Source: Ascidiella aspersa (lineage: Eukaryota). From it: a stretch of DNA of 64,000 bases. This document shows positions 11,988 through 23,099 of this stretch, piece by piece. Made by a program: the position numbers and the translations under genes. The DNA is taken from assembly GCA_963924565.1 (NCBI GenBank), contig OZ004612.1, forward strand, positions 7,502,001-7,566,000. The letters run 5' to 3'. Every line of letters begins with the position of its first letter. Positions within the stretch are counted from its first letter, which is position 1. The notes under the pieces are model-generated. The model did not search any database. It had not been told where the DNA came from and saw only the letters and a list, made by a program, of their open reading frames with translations.

Positions 11988-13658
11988 TTCTCGTGTTACG
12001 AATTTCTATGTACATGCTTACCATTGTCAATATGTTATTATTTTAGATAAATCATAGATCTTCTTAAACGTGTTGTAAACCTTTTTTCAGAATAAAATAA
12101 ATATAAGTACCGGAATTAAAGCTTGGGAATGATTTTTGTTATAGTAATAAGAATGTTATGTCATCTAAATAAAATTGTACATTAACCTTTTGGCAAGAAA
12201 ATCTGACAAACTCTTGCTATGACAATAAATATTGAAGCAAGACATTAGTTAGGAAAACCGAATAAAAGCATAAAACGGCGGGAAATTCAAAGCAGTGTGG
12301 TGAGACAAGCGCACACTTTGCCATTGAGGTAATACAATTATCAAAAAATATAACTTTGTTTCTTAAGCACGAAAATTTATAGTAAAAGTGCGACATAACG
12401 TGATCCGTTCTCATGAAGCAACAGCATATGCGCCATGCTGCAATTATTGCTTTCTTGCAAAACAGCAGAAAAACAGCACGCACTAAATGCTAAAACATTC
12501 CAAGCTAGAAGACGTTTCAAAAGTAAACAAAGAAGGTGGCTTGGGAAAACGCATGTGACCCTGATCACGAAATCGCTCAGCCGTGCAATTAGTACACACT
12601 ACAAGCTATAGCTTGTAAAGAGCGACGCATGTCTGTTTGTGTTAGTGCTTATGATTATAACATGTTCGCCTGGTAAAGTGCAAGATATTTCACCTCGATA
12701 CTATTTTCCTTACTGGGCTGGTCTGGCAAATCCAGTCGGCATTTGACTCAGCTAATCTCAAAAGCAGTGTTCTTGAGCTATATAGTTTCATGAGGCTGCT
12801 GGTGGTTGTTAACTGGGCAGAACGTTAGGAACGCTATACATGCGAGACGTGTGTTATTGTGCGAAGGCGTAGCTATGCTGAATTTTTCAAACGTACATTA
12901 AACCCATAAGTGACCTGACAATATGCACTTTGTAATGCTATGGCAGCAGTTTGTTTATGTTCGACTTAGTGGAGTTCGTTAATACGGAGATCAACGCCCC
13001 CCCCCCCCCTGTTGAAATATACACATTTCCAATATATGGCGTGCCGGTAATATGTTTCAAGAATAAAAATAAATGCAGATAACGGCAACAGAAGTTTACA
13101 AAAAGATTACCTATAATTACAAATTCACAATCGCATTGAATTAATATTTTACCTGTCAAGTAGCTTTCTGCTTGACCAAGAACTGCAGTTGTATTGTGTT
13201 GTATTCGTACAATGCGTTGACTAACTCAAAAATGTTTTGTTGTCTTAATTTTTATTTTTTAACACTACGACTTATAAATGGCATAACGAAGTTTATTGCA
13301 AATGCTAATATACACAGTACAATGAACACCTTTTATATAGAACAGAGTAAAAAGGTTTAACCTTTGCTCTCCATCAACGAGCAGCAATCAAGTTTGGGTA
13401 AAACCAAAAAAAAAGATTAAAATGTCGAGTAGATTTGTATACAAAAGTTTATACTGCGCGAAATCGACATTTATCTAAAGGAAAACCTGGATTTTAGCGC
13501 ACGACATAATCAAAAATATTTTTCTAAAGAGAAGTAGTTACAGATCAATGGCGGTCGTTAGAAGGTAAAACAATGTACATTGTACAACAAATTTAGGACA
13601 GAAATAGAAGCGCTTTGTTAGTTCAATAGGTATACCAAATAAAAACAGTTATTAAATT

Positions 13659-13919
13659 TCAAGATTTTCGCTCCTCTGCATTTCCAGACTCCGTCGATTT
13701 TTCGGAAGTCGTTGCTTCTTTATCTTCCGGTTTCGACTCTTCGGGAGTTGTATCAACTTGAACATCCACCTGTTGTTCTTCCGGAGCTTTCAGAGCCAAA
13801 CGCGGAGCGTTGACCTTAAGGACTCCTCCCTCGCCAAGAGTGGAAGTCAGTTGCTGGGCGTCCACCGTATCCGGGAGGACCAGGGATCGATGATACTCCC
13901 TCCTCGTGTGAGACACAAT
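13659..13919 (-). pseudogene. 3' half of duplicated sHSP copy A (A'), 5'-truncated
   Basis: IVSHTRREYHRSLVLP...ENAEERKS-like tail plus an A-type 3' UTR. The N-terminus and promoter are deleted. Confidence 0.85.
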
Positions 13920-14229
13920 TCGGTCGCTCCTGGCGACATCAAAGTGAAGACTGTTGGTCAAAAGGTTATCGTGGAAGCAAGATCTGAGGTGGAGTCGGAT
14001 CAGGACGGGATTGTGTCTCACACGAGGAAGGAGTACCAGCGATCCCTGGCCCTCCCGGCAACCGTGGACGCCCAGCAACTGACCTCGACTCTTGGCGAGG
14101 GAGGTGTCCTCAAGGTCACTGCTCCGCGTTTGGTTCTGAAGGCTCCGGAAGAGCAACAGGTTGAAGTTCAAGTTGAGACAACTCCCGAAGAGCCGAAACC
14201 GAAAGATGAAGAAGCAACGACTTCTGAAA
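13700..14229. repeat. Long inverted repeat: arms 13700-13919 and 14010-14229, 90-nt loop
   Basis: Manual alignment gives 220-nt ungapped arms with about 23 mismatches (~90% identity). Confidence 0.92.
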
Positions 14230-14273
14230 CTCCATCGGAGCCAGCTCACACAGATGAAGAGCTAAAATCCTAA
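13924..14273 (+). pseudogene. 3' part of duplicated sHSP copy B (B'), 5'-truncated
   Basis: APGDIKVKTVGQ...EPAHTDEELKS plus a B-type 3' UTR, joined back-to-back to A' at 13920-13925. Confidence 0.85.
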
Positions 14274-14784
14274 ACCCTTCTCGTTTTGCGCTTTCTTGTT
14301 TACGTTTTGCTGTTTTTGTGTGTCATTTGCTGCGCCACCCATTTATGTTGTTCAAAATATTACTTTGTTTTTTCTCTATTAATCCAAGATTAACAGACAT
14401 TTAACAAAAATCTATACAAACTGTATTTTTATAAAAGTAGGGTATTTCATTATGTTCATATTTTGCAATAAATTTTTGTGAAAAAAAATACAACAAAAAT
14501 TTCTTTTTTTAAGAAGTTTAATATACGATTTATGTAAAAAACATTCTTCCTCCTAATTGTATTGCTGTGTCGCTGTTATTTCTTATACAGTACCAATGAA
14601 GGTAATTATGCTTACTTGTCCTTAACAAGGTTATTAAAAATTTGGTTTTAATAGTTCCATTTCTATTTATAACAACAACGTGTGTAATTATTGAAGCCAT
14701 CTGATATGTTAACTAGACGTTCAATCTGCTTTAACTTAGTTCTTTGCAATACAAATAAAATACAGTTTTCCGTCCAAAATATCT

Positions 14785-15249
14785 ATGCATAATTTTCCAA
14801 TGGAAGGATTCTTACTTCATGGCATTCCGAGATTCCGATGGTTGACAACAAAGGAAGATGGCAATAATAGAAATGAAGATAAAACAGTGAAAGACAGCAA
14901 CGCTTCTTTAACTTGCGACCTGAACCTGAAAGGATTCGCTCCTGACGACATCAAAGTGAAGACTGGGGGTCAAACGGTGATCGTTAAAGCTAGATCTAAG
15001 GTGGAGTCGGATCAGGATGGGATTGTGTCTCACACCACAAAAAAGTACCACCAATCCCTGGTCCTCCCGGACACGGTGGACGCCCAGCACCTGACCTGGA
15101 CTCTTGGCGAGGAAGGAGTCCTCAAGGTCACCGCTCCGCGTTTGGATTTAAAGGCTCTGGAAGAGCAACAAGTAAAGGTGGAAGCGTCTGCTGAAGTTAA
15201 GAAGGCGAAAATGCCAATAAATGAGGGACAACTGAAATCCAAGCTTTAA
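14785..15249 (+). pseudogene. sHSP copy E (unit-2 paralog of C), promoterless and N-terminally truncated, with an intact alpha-crystallin ORF (154 aa; internal ATG at 14800)
   Basis: The ACD is intact. Sequence upstream of 14797 is homologous to intergenic 10286-10379, so the promoter and the first ~33 codons are deleted. It could still be translated if transcribed. Confidence 0.7.
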
Positions 15250-16697
15250 TTCTCGTGTTATGAATTTCTGTTTGCATGTTTATACAATTGTCTATATATG
15301 CAATTTAATGCGATTGGAAAATAAACCCAAAGGAAATTGGAAAAGAAACCAAAGATTGGAAAGAAACCAAAGATGTTTTTATTTAAACGTGTTGCAAATC
15401 ATTTTGTGAAAATCGTAAATATAAGTAACGGCATTAAAACTTGTAAATTATTTTTGCAATAGTAAAAAGAATTTAATTTTGCTATCTAATGAAAATTATA
15501 AATATAAGCAAGAAACAATTTAAGCAAGAAACAAACAAATTGTTGCTATGACCGAAAGATAAGAGCAAGTCATTAATAAGTAATCCGAATAAGAGCATAA
15601 AACAGTGGGAAATGATTCAATGCAGTTTGGTAAAACAAACTCATGCCTGAATATGGACCATGGAGGGATACAACAGCACAATTTATTTATTAAGAACAAA
15701 AATTTATGCTGGAATTAGGGCAGAACATTAAAGCGTGATCGCTTTAGACGGAGCTTTCCTCTATTTTGTTGTACAATTGTGATTTGTGCAGCACAGTAAA
15801 AGCATGCGGCGGCTGCAATTATTGCTTTCCAGCAGAACAGCAGAAAAACAGCACGCACGAGAACATTCTATGATATAGGCCGTTTCAAAAGTAAATATAG
15901 AGTGTGGCTTGTCTAAGCGCACGTGACCTTCATCGGTAAATCAATCAGCCGTGCAATTAGTAAACAAACCCACCAGCTGAATGCAACTGAAGTATTTTTT
16001 GAAGTAACGTACCAGCAGCTTTATGGGTATTCGGCGTGCCGGTAGAATGTTTCAAAAATAAAAGTAAAAACAGCCAACGGCACGAGAAGTTTACAAAAAG
16101 GTCAATTATAATTACAATTCAGAAACGCTTTGAAACAATATGTTACCACCTGTTCAGGGATAAGAGTTGTTTGTGTTGTATCATACAATGCCTTATCAGA
16201 TTTGTAGTAGATCGGGAGTTATTCAAGTCGGTTCCATGGATCCCCTTGGGGGTCTTTCTTGCTACCTGTGGTCTACGCGTAGCAAAACAAATGTTGGGAT
16301 CCGCTGTAAAAAAGAACCCCTGTAGTAGATGATGTAGACAGCATCGTTTTTCATTGACTTTGTATTGAATACAACAAGAACCCCCCCAAAAATGCATCTC
16401 GTGAGCTGACAATATTATTCTTATATACTGGAGTTTTAGATAAATATAAATTATACAACACATTGACCAGCCTGGCCCATGTATTGATTTCGTAATTCAG
16501 GATTTGTTTAATTTTTCAAGTTTAAAGTTCAAATTCATCACATTACTAATTTGTTATTAAACCTTAAAAATGTCGAAACCTACATTTTTATATAATCTAT
16601 AGCAAATACAAATCTTCCTATTTTTGCTAGTTTTGGGATATTTTTATGTTGGTATGTTTTGACTAAGGGCCTTAACAGTTAACAGGCATAAAAAGCT

Positions 16698-16890
16698 TGA
16701 AAATTCCAGCAAGTGCTGGCAGTCGATGTGAATACTCTAAAGTTCCAGTAACCTCGAATAGCAGTCTGTGACGAAAAAAACAAACACGACCAGTCGACCA
16801 GACGCTTCGAGAAAAATCCAACCGGGCGTATCAAAAGTAAAAGAGCAACGGCTGCGGTTAGTCGTGCAAACGGCCCAAACAATATATAAA
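16698..16890 (+). promoter_or_regulatory. Promoter of sHSP F: imperfect HSEs and TATA box
   Basis: TATATAAA at 16883-16890; cTTCg aGAAa aATCc at 16805-16819; GAAaaTTC near 16699. Confidence 0.55.
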
Positions 16891-16979
16891 GGGAACGCGA
16901 ATCGCGCATCAGGCATTTAGAGGAGTGTTCAGAGCAGTAGTGTTTAACTTTAACGAGAAAAGCACAGAAGCTAAAAAAG

Positions 16980-17573
16980 ATGTCTTTGAGAGGTTACGAT
17001 TCGCCGTTGAGTCTGTTTTTGATGCCGATGGTTTCTGACATGCAAAGGTCGATATCTCGCATGCACGACGCGATGGATAACGACGATTTTTGGCGATCGG
17101 CGGGAAATAGAGCGGCGATTTCAGGTGAAGGCAAGCAACGTGGGCTGTACGATCAGCGCGGCTGGCTCAGTCCGTTCCATTACCGCCCTGACTGGTTTTC
17201 GGCGTCCAATCGCCAAGGCGCGCCGCTGACGGTGGACAAGAGCGACCCCAACAATTTCACCTTCAACTTTGACCTGGTCGGTTTTCAACCGGGCGACATC
17301 AAGGTCAAAACGGTCGGCAACAAGGTCGTGGTCGACGCGGTAAAAGAAGACCAGCACGCTGACGAGGAATGCGAGTCGTACTCGCGGCGACAGTTCCACC
17401 GTTCTCTTGTCGTACCAGACAACGTCAATGCTGATCAACTGACTTCGACTTTTGACCAGAAGGCTGGCGTACTAAAGCTAAAGGCACCGTACCTTTCTCT
17501 TCCGCCCCCTGAAGAGCATACCAAAGAAGTGCCAATCACCGTTGAGAAAATGGAGGCCGTCGAAGGCCAGTAA
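16980..17573 (+). CDS. Small heat-shock protein, divergent copy F, 197 aa, intronless
   Basis: Alpha-crystallin domain (FDLVGFQPGDIKVKTVGNKVVVDA...RRQFHRSLVVPDNVNADQLTSTFDQKAGVLKLKAP) and C-terminal VPITV motif. Confidence 0.93.
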   Translation: MSLRGYDSPLSLFLMPMVSDMQRSISRMHDAMDNDDFWRSAGNRAAISGEGKQRGLYDQRGWLSPFHYRPDWFSASNRQGAPLTVDKSDPNNFTFNFDLVGFQPGDIKVKTVGNKVVVDAVKEDQHADEECESYSRRQFHRSLVVPDNVNADQLTSTFDQKAGVLKLKAPYLSLPPPEEHTKEVPITVEKMEAVEGQ

Positions 17574-17634
17574 TTTCTATTTAGTCCTAAACGGCCACTG
17601 TATAAATAATCGTTTCTGTGTTCGTTATAATAAC

Positions 17635-17812
17635 TGGATAAGTTTGTTCGGTTTTTGTTGCTGGTGATCATTCGCTATGGTGTATAGTTCACTGTAATTT
17701 GTATCAATGTTGTGCAAATAAAATGGATAAGTTTGTTCGGTTTTTGTTGCTGGTGATCATTCGCTATGGTGTATAGTTGACTGTAATTTGTATAATCGTT
17801 GTGCAAATAAAA
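17635..17812 (+). repeat. Tandem 2 x 89-bp duplication in the sHSP F 3' UTR, each copy ending in AATAAA
   Basis: 17635-17723 and 17724-17812 are nearly identical. Confidence 0.92.
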
Positions 17813-18122
17813 GGAAAACTCAGTAAATACTCACGTCTCTTTTCAATTTTGTACTCTACGGGGAAACAAATGAAACAAACTTCAAACTTGTGTTTTTTAA
17901 TTGAAGACCGGTTGCCACAGTATTTCGAAAGAAATGTTTGTGGTTAATTCCCAGTTCAGAGAACTATTTAAACATTAGTGTTTTTTTATTTACACTTATT
18001 TATTTGTAAATTTCTTATTTGCAAAGGTATAACACTTAATAAACGTTATTTTCAGTTATTGTTTAGCCGTTGCGTTATTTGTAGCCGTTATCGAAGTTTA
18101 AGTCTCCGTTTCAATAATAATA

Positions 18123-21100
18123 ATGAGGCCTGATGAACACAAGCAAAAGAAAAGTGCACAATACAAGAAAAAACATGGCATAGACAAAAAAGGTGCAGCA
18201 AAAAATAATTACTGTTCATATTTTTTTAATTGTTAAGAAAATTCATCTTGCCTTTAAATAACAATATTAAGCTTAGTCGAAAAATATTATAGATTAACTC
18301 AATTCACAAAGTGAAACCCCCTTGGTTTTATTTTTAATTTAGACTCAAAGCCCAAACAAGAAAACCATCCTGAAACAAAAGTAAAGGTAAATGAACCTTC
18401 ATTTAAAGAATATGTTTACATATATTTTTGCTTTATCAACCCTATGATCTCTAATTTAAACCCTGACTGCATTCCATTTTCTGTGGTCGCCAAAGATTCT
18501 CGCCAAACCTTATTTTACTGAAATCCCAAGACTAAAATACTGTGACATAACCACCGAAAAAGTAAATTTTCATTTTCAAAAAGAATATTTTATGCTAAAA
18601 TATTCCACTCAAAGATTTTTAAGCAGCTCGCCAAAGATCTATGGCTCAAAGGCTCTGCATGCAATCGTGATCTGATATATATATCATACATATATCACAA
18701 CTAAGAAACCTGTTTTATTAAATACACTCACCTGGTGTATTTTTTAAATAAACAGGCATGCAATTTTTAGCTGTTATACTGATTTGAAATAGAAATATAT
18801 TTTAGGTTGTTATGTAATTCTATATGACAGGCTTTCCCAATCCTTGTTTTTTAATGCTTTTTGACGTCATGGACGAATTTTGTACCATTTACAATGAAAG
18901 ACTTCTCTACACAGCTCAATAAACTTTGTTGTTTCATAATTTGAAGGATGATGACCCAATCTTACCTGATAAAAATGTGCAGACATTTTCCCGACGCAAA
19001 GTGCAAAGCAATTGGCAGCGATATGATGAACCTGAGCAGTTAGTAACACTGATTGGAGAAGATTACGACAAAGTTTTAGCTTCATCAAGTAAGTAGCGTA
19101 ATGCGAAAAGATAGTAAATACTTAATTGATAATTTTTCTTATCAATGCCATATTGTAAATCAAAGATTAGAATAATTATGAAAAACTATGTGCCTTTCAT
19201 TGCTGAAATAACCTTTTTAATAAAACACAGTTTGTTTAACTTGTAAGTGATCTTTTAATTCAAGTTTATTTTTCCAAGGTAAAACCGGATCACATTTTAG
19301 ATTAAAGGAGGAAAAGGAATGGGACTTTGACATGGTAAGAATTTCTGGCTAAAGCAGTACAGCTGAATCAATTTGTTTCAACTTTGAAATTTAATAATTT
19401 TTAGTTTACTGTAAGTTGTAAAATTTGGTTACAGTAACCCTGCTCTCTCTACTCGTTTTCTGAACTGATATCCTTTTGTTTCAGGATTTTGAAGATGTCC
19501 TTTCTATCGACACAGCAAAGATTGCTGAAGCATTGTCACAGTTGACATTTTGTGAAAAATTTGATTTCAACCCTAAAGATTTTGATGTATGTGCTAGAAA
19601 TTTAAAGTTGTATAGAAACACAATATGGCCTATTTATCAACAATAGCTTATTGGTTAAATTCACGAAACATAAAACATGTAAAAAAACTAATAATTTTTA
19701 ATAAACAGATTTTACAATGCAGTTTTTAATTGTGTTTACATTTTGAAGCCTGAATTATTACAAGCTATTGATGGTGACCCAGCAGACGATGAAGGTGGAA
19801 TGCAAGCAACATGCCCCACTTTTGTTCCAAACATGGATTCATTTGACTTTCAACTACCCAAAACTAATCCCAATAGCTTACTTACAACAGAACTAAAAAC
19901 AGAATCGGAAGACAGAGTCCCAGCAACTGTTGATCCTGTTAAAGAATGTTCAGAGATTAAACAAACATCAGAAGCAGACCTTACGTCACAAAACCAAGAC
20001 CCTGATAAAGCTTGTTTATCCAAAGTCTCTGCTAACCTTCTTTCTGCAGACGAGCCTAAAACAAAAAGTGACACAAGCAGTGTTGATAAAGCAGTCGCAA
20101 CATTGTCAATTCCAGATGATCTTGAAAGCGAGCTGGATGATCTTTTGTCAGACACTGTAGCACCCACTCCAAAGCAACAAATTTTAACCATAAACAAGCC
20201 TCCCCTAAAATCTTCTGAAAAGGTGGTGGTAAATGTTTTGGACGATGCATCGATTGAGGATAAAACAACTTCTACAAAGATAGGTTGGTATTAAATTCGA
20301 ATCTAATTTGTCTATTAGTTTCTTCATCGATAAAGCGGTTCTTTTTTAGGTGCTGTAGTTCATTTTTAAATGTGTAATAATTTTTCAGCAAGCAAAGCGT
20401 TCGTTATAAAAGCTGTGACGCATTTTATTCCTTATACCATAAAGCAGTCGCCTCCAACCTGTGGGTCGCCTAAAATTTTCTGGGGTCGCAATAACTCATC
20501 ATATTCTTACTGTTTCAGTGCGATTCATGTATTTTGTTTTCTTTGCAATTACGTCACACTAATAAATGTGACTGAGTACATAGGAAAGATAAGCTTTTGT
20601 TTCTTCTACATAAAATAGGTGTTTTTAGCTCCTAAGAATGGCTAGGTTACAAAAATTTCAGCAAATAAATATTTACTTTTGGACTTTTATGCAACTAACA
20701 TACCCGACTCTGTCCAAATTTGTGAGTTAACTACTCTTTCCGTTTTCAACCACATGGCTTTGTTAACGAAATTTAGCGCACTAAGCATATTGAAAACGAA
20801 ACATCGTGCATCGCTTGGAAGTAGAGCATGGCCGTTATGCTTATGCAAAGTGGAGACGCGTTTTCAAAACTGGTGGACAGTGGGCATTATGCAGGCGCCA
20901 CCGTCGCACTTAGTGTTGAAACAAATTTAAATTTTTGCTTTATTTCGTGTGCTAAATATAAATTCATAATTTAAACTATACTACCTAAAATAAATCATTT
21001 AGGTGTGTATAATTTACATATATTCGCTTGTGTTACTTAGTTCCAGCATTATTATATATATAATTTATTCCTATCTGTAAAAAATTGGGTCGCAATATAA

Positions 21101-21296
21101 ATTCTGATTTAAATTTATTTAAATTGGGGTCGCTTTTTGAAAAGGTTGGAGACCACTGCCATAAAGCATAAAGATTGTCCCCTTAAAAGGAGGCAAACGT
21201 TCTCTATTTGAACTATTTAATTTTCTCTATTTAACCCCGCCAGGTGTCGCTGATGAGCAGGACCTGGACGACTGGTTGGACGAGCTGATTTCGTGA
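18123..21296 (+). CDS. AVEN: Cell death regulator Aven-like, ~321 aa. Exons 18123-18192, 18343-18386, 18983-19088, 19279-19334, 19485-19586, 19749-20283, 21244-21296.
   Basis: All junctions are GT-AG and phase-consistent. Motifs FSRRKVQSNWQRY, HFRLKEEKEWD and C-terminal DLDDWLDELIS* match Aven conserved blocks as recalled. The N-terminus is MRPDEHK. Confidence 0.88.
20445..21158. mobile_element. Non-autonomous hAT-type element (714 bp) in Aven intron 6
   Basis: TIRs CAGTCGCCTCCAACCT / AGGTTGGAGACCACTG; perfect 8-bp target-site duplication CCATAAAG at 20437-20444 and 21159-21166. Confidence 0.9.
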
Positions 21297-22428
21297 CAAA
21301 AAAGCCAAAGCAAAGGTTTAAAAGAATCGACTTGGTTTAAATGTTAGAAAGCCGGGAAACTTTCGCCTGACGCAAGCCTTAAGTCGAATACTGTTTTCGG
21401 TTTTAAGCAAAGGAATCTAACCTTTTAACCTTTTACTGCGTTTGAGGAGTTGTTTAAAAGGTTAACGCGGCGTTTCCTTTGACCGTGACAAAAGCTGCGG
21501 GTCAAATTTGTCACTCTTTGTGGCAAATGTTAACCGGAAAAAAGTTGGATTTAAAAGTCTCAACCTGCACATATAACGTATATAATGGAATCGCCGACCG
21601 TCGATTTTTTGGTTTGGGTTTCCCAAGGACATTAGGCAAACTGAAACGATAATAGCCAAATCGTAGAGAAAATCATCTTAGCTATCAAGTGTTGTTTGTT
21701 TTTTTGCGGATTGAAACTGCGCATTGTTTGTAATGCTAAATAATGCTATACTACCTAACCATATATATATGTTTGGGAAAGCTTCATATAACCCTAAGTT
21801 TGCGATGTAAACGGGTGTTGCATCATTATTTTTAAGACATTTAAACACCGTCATTCGACTGTAAAACTTGTTGATAAGTTGAATAAAATTGTGACATCAT
21901 GCAGTTATTACAATCTAACCGCAGTTTGGTAGACATCAGGCAAATGCACCATGTCTGGTTTGTAGCCAAACGCGTGGTCATCCAATCTTACGAAAATCTC
22001 TTAGTTGTTCTCGGCTGGAAAGATGGTTTGCAAGGACTGCAAATACAGACAGTTCACACTAAAAAGACGGTCGCTAGTGCGAGCGAAAACAAGGTCCCGT
22101 AAAAGTCGCGCATCTTGACCTTTATCGCCGCGAGGAAATTTAACATGATGAGCCTTACTCATTCCGGCATGCATAATGCATAGCGGACCTTATCAGCAAA
22201 CAAGTGCACAGAGATCGACCACGGTAAGAGAAAGGTAGAAAAGTTTTGGTAGTCGGACGAGAGAACCTCTTACAAAAATAGTTTTGGCTTTGAGAGTTTA
22301 AGCTGCTTTAGTTACGAATGTGAAAGTGGTAATAAGATGATTTTGAAGTGGCAACAACCTTAAATCTTAAATAAAACCGCAAAAAATAAAAAATGCTATT
22401 TTTGTCAAATTTACTTTACCGTTCAAGC

Positions 22429-22939
22429 CAGTGGTTCCCAAACTGTGGGCCACAAGACTATTTTCAGTGGGCCATGGAGCTATTTGAAAATATTGCAACT
22501 AAATATGTTTTGTTTTACTAAAATAATTGTTAGTATATCTAAAACTATATAGGAACGAGGCCCTATTTGTGAACTATATACGTAAAGGCAAAATCTATCG
22601 ACTTATGTTTTTTTTTATTTGCTACGCAGTTAGCACTTTAAATTTAGTTTGTTGTCACAGTGATATTTAATCCCAATCTTGAAACTAACCGGTATTCAAA
22701 AGGATTATTTGGATGTTGTTAGAATTAATGCATTTTTTTAAATTGTCCGACTATGTAGACGTAAATTGCAGACAGGCAATTTTGCTAAAGCCTATGTATA
22801 TTAACAAGGTTAACAAGGTTAATATATCTTATTTGGATGATGGGCTAAAGGTCATAGGCCTACAAAAAACTTACACCGGCCACAAACTATTTTATTAAAA
22901 AAATATAGGCCACGGAATAAAAAAGTTTGGGAACCACTG
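22429..22939. mobile_element. hAT-type MITE (511 bp)
   Basis: Perfect 16-bp TIRs CAGTGGTTCCCAAACT / AGTTTGGGAACCACTG. The TSD is not conserved. Confidence 0.82.
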
Positions 22940-23099
22940 GTTTTGGATAATGCATTTTACTAAATAGGATGCAAAGACGAAGGACAAGGTGCTAGGTATT
23001 ATTTTTTACAAGCATTTAGCAATAAGGTGTTTATAACATTACTTCATCGAGGCGACAACCAAAAACTGAATTTGTGTATCTACCGCGTTCGGCTGTAGG

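Larger units (their letters stand above)
7625..16195. repeat. Tandem segmental duplication of an sHSP unit: unit 1 ~7625-13215, unit 2 ~13215-16195
   Basis: Collinear matches by eye: 7680-7990 vs 13263-13660; 9925-10379 vs 14274-14796; 11856-12590 vs 14797-15965; 13040-13215 vs 16034-16195. Unit 2 lacks the equivalents of 8255-9577 and ~10380-11855. Boundaries are approximate. Confidence 0.85.

Noticed and set aside
13659-14249. 196-aa minus-strand ORF as an intact sHSP gene
   Set aside because: Its N-terminal half is antisense B' sequence with a non-ATG start; it is a product of the fusion.
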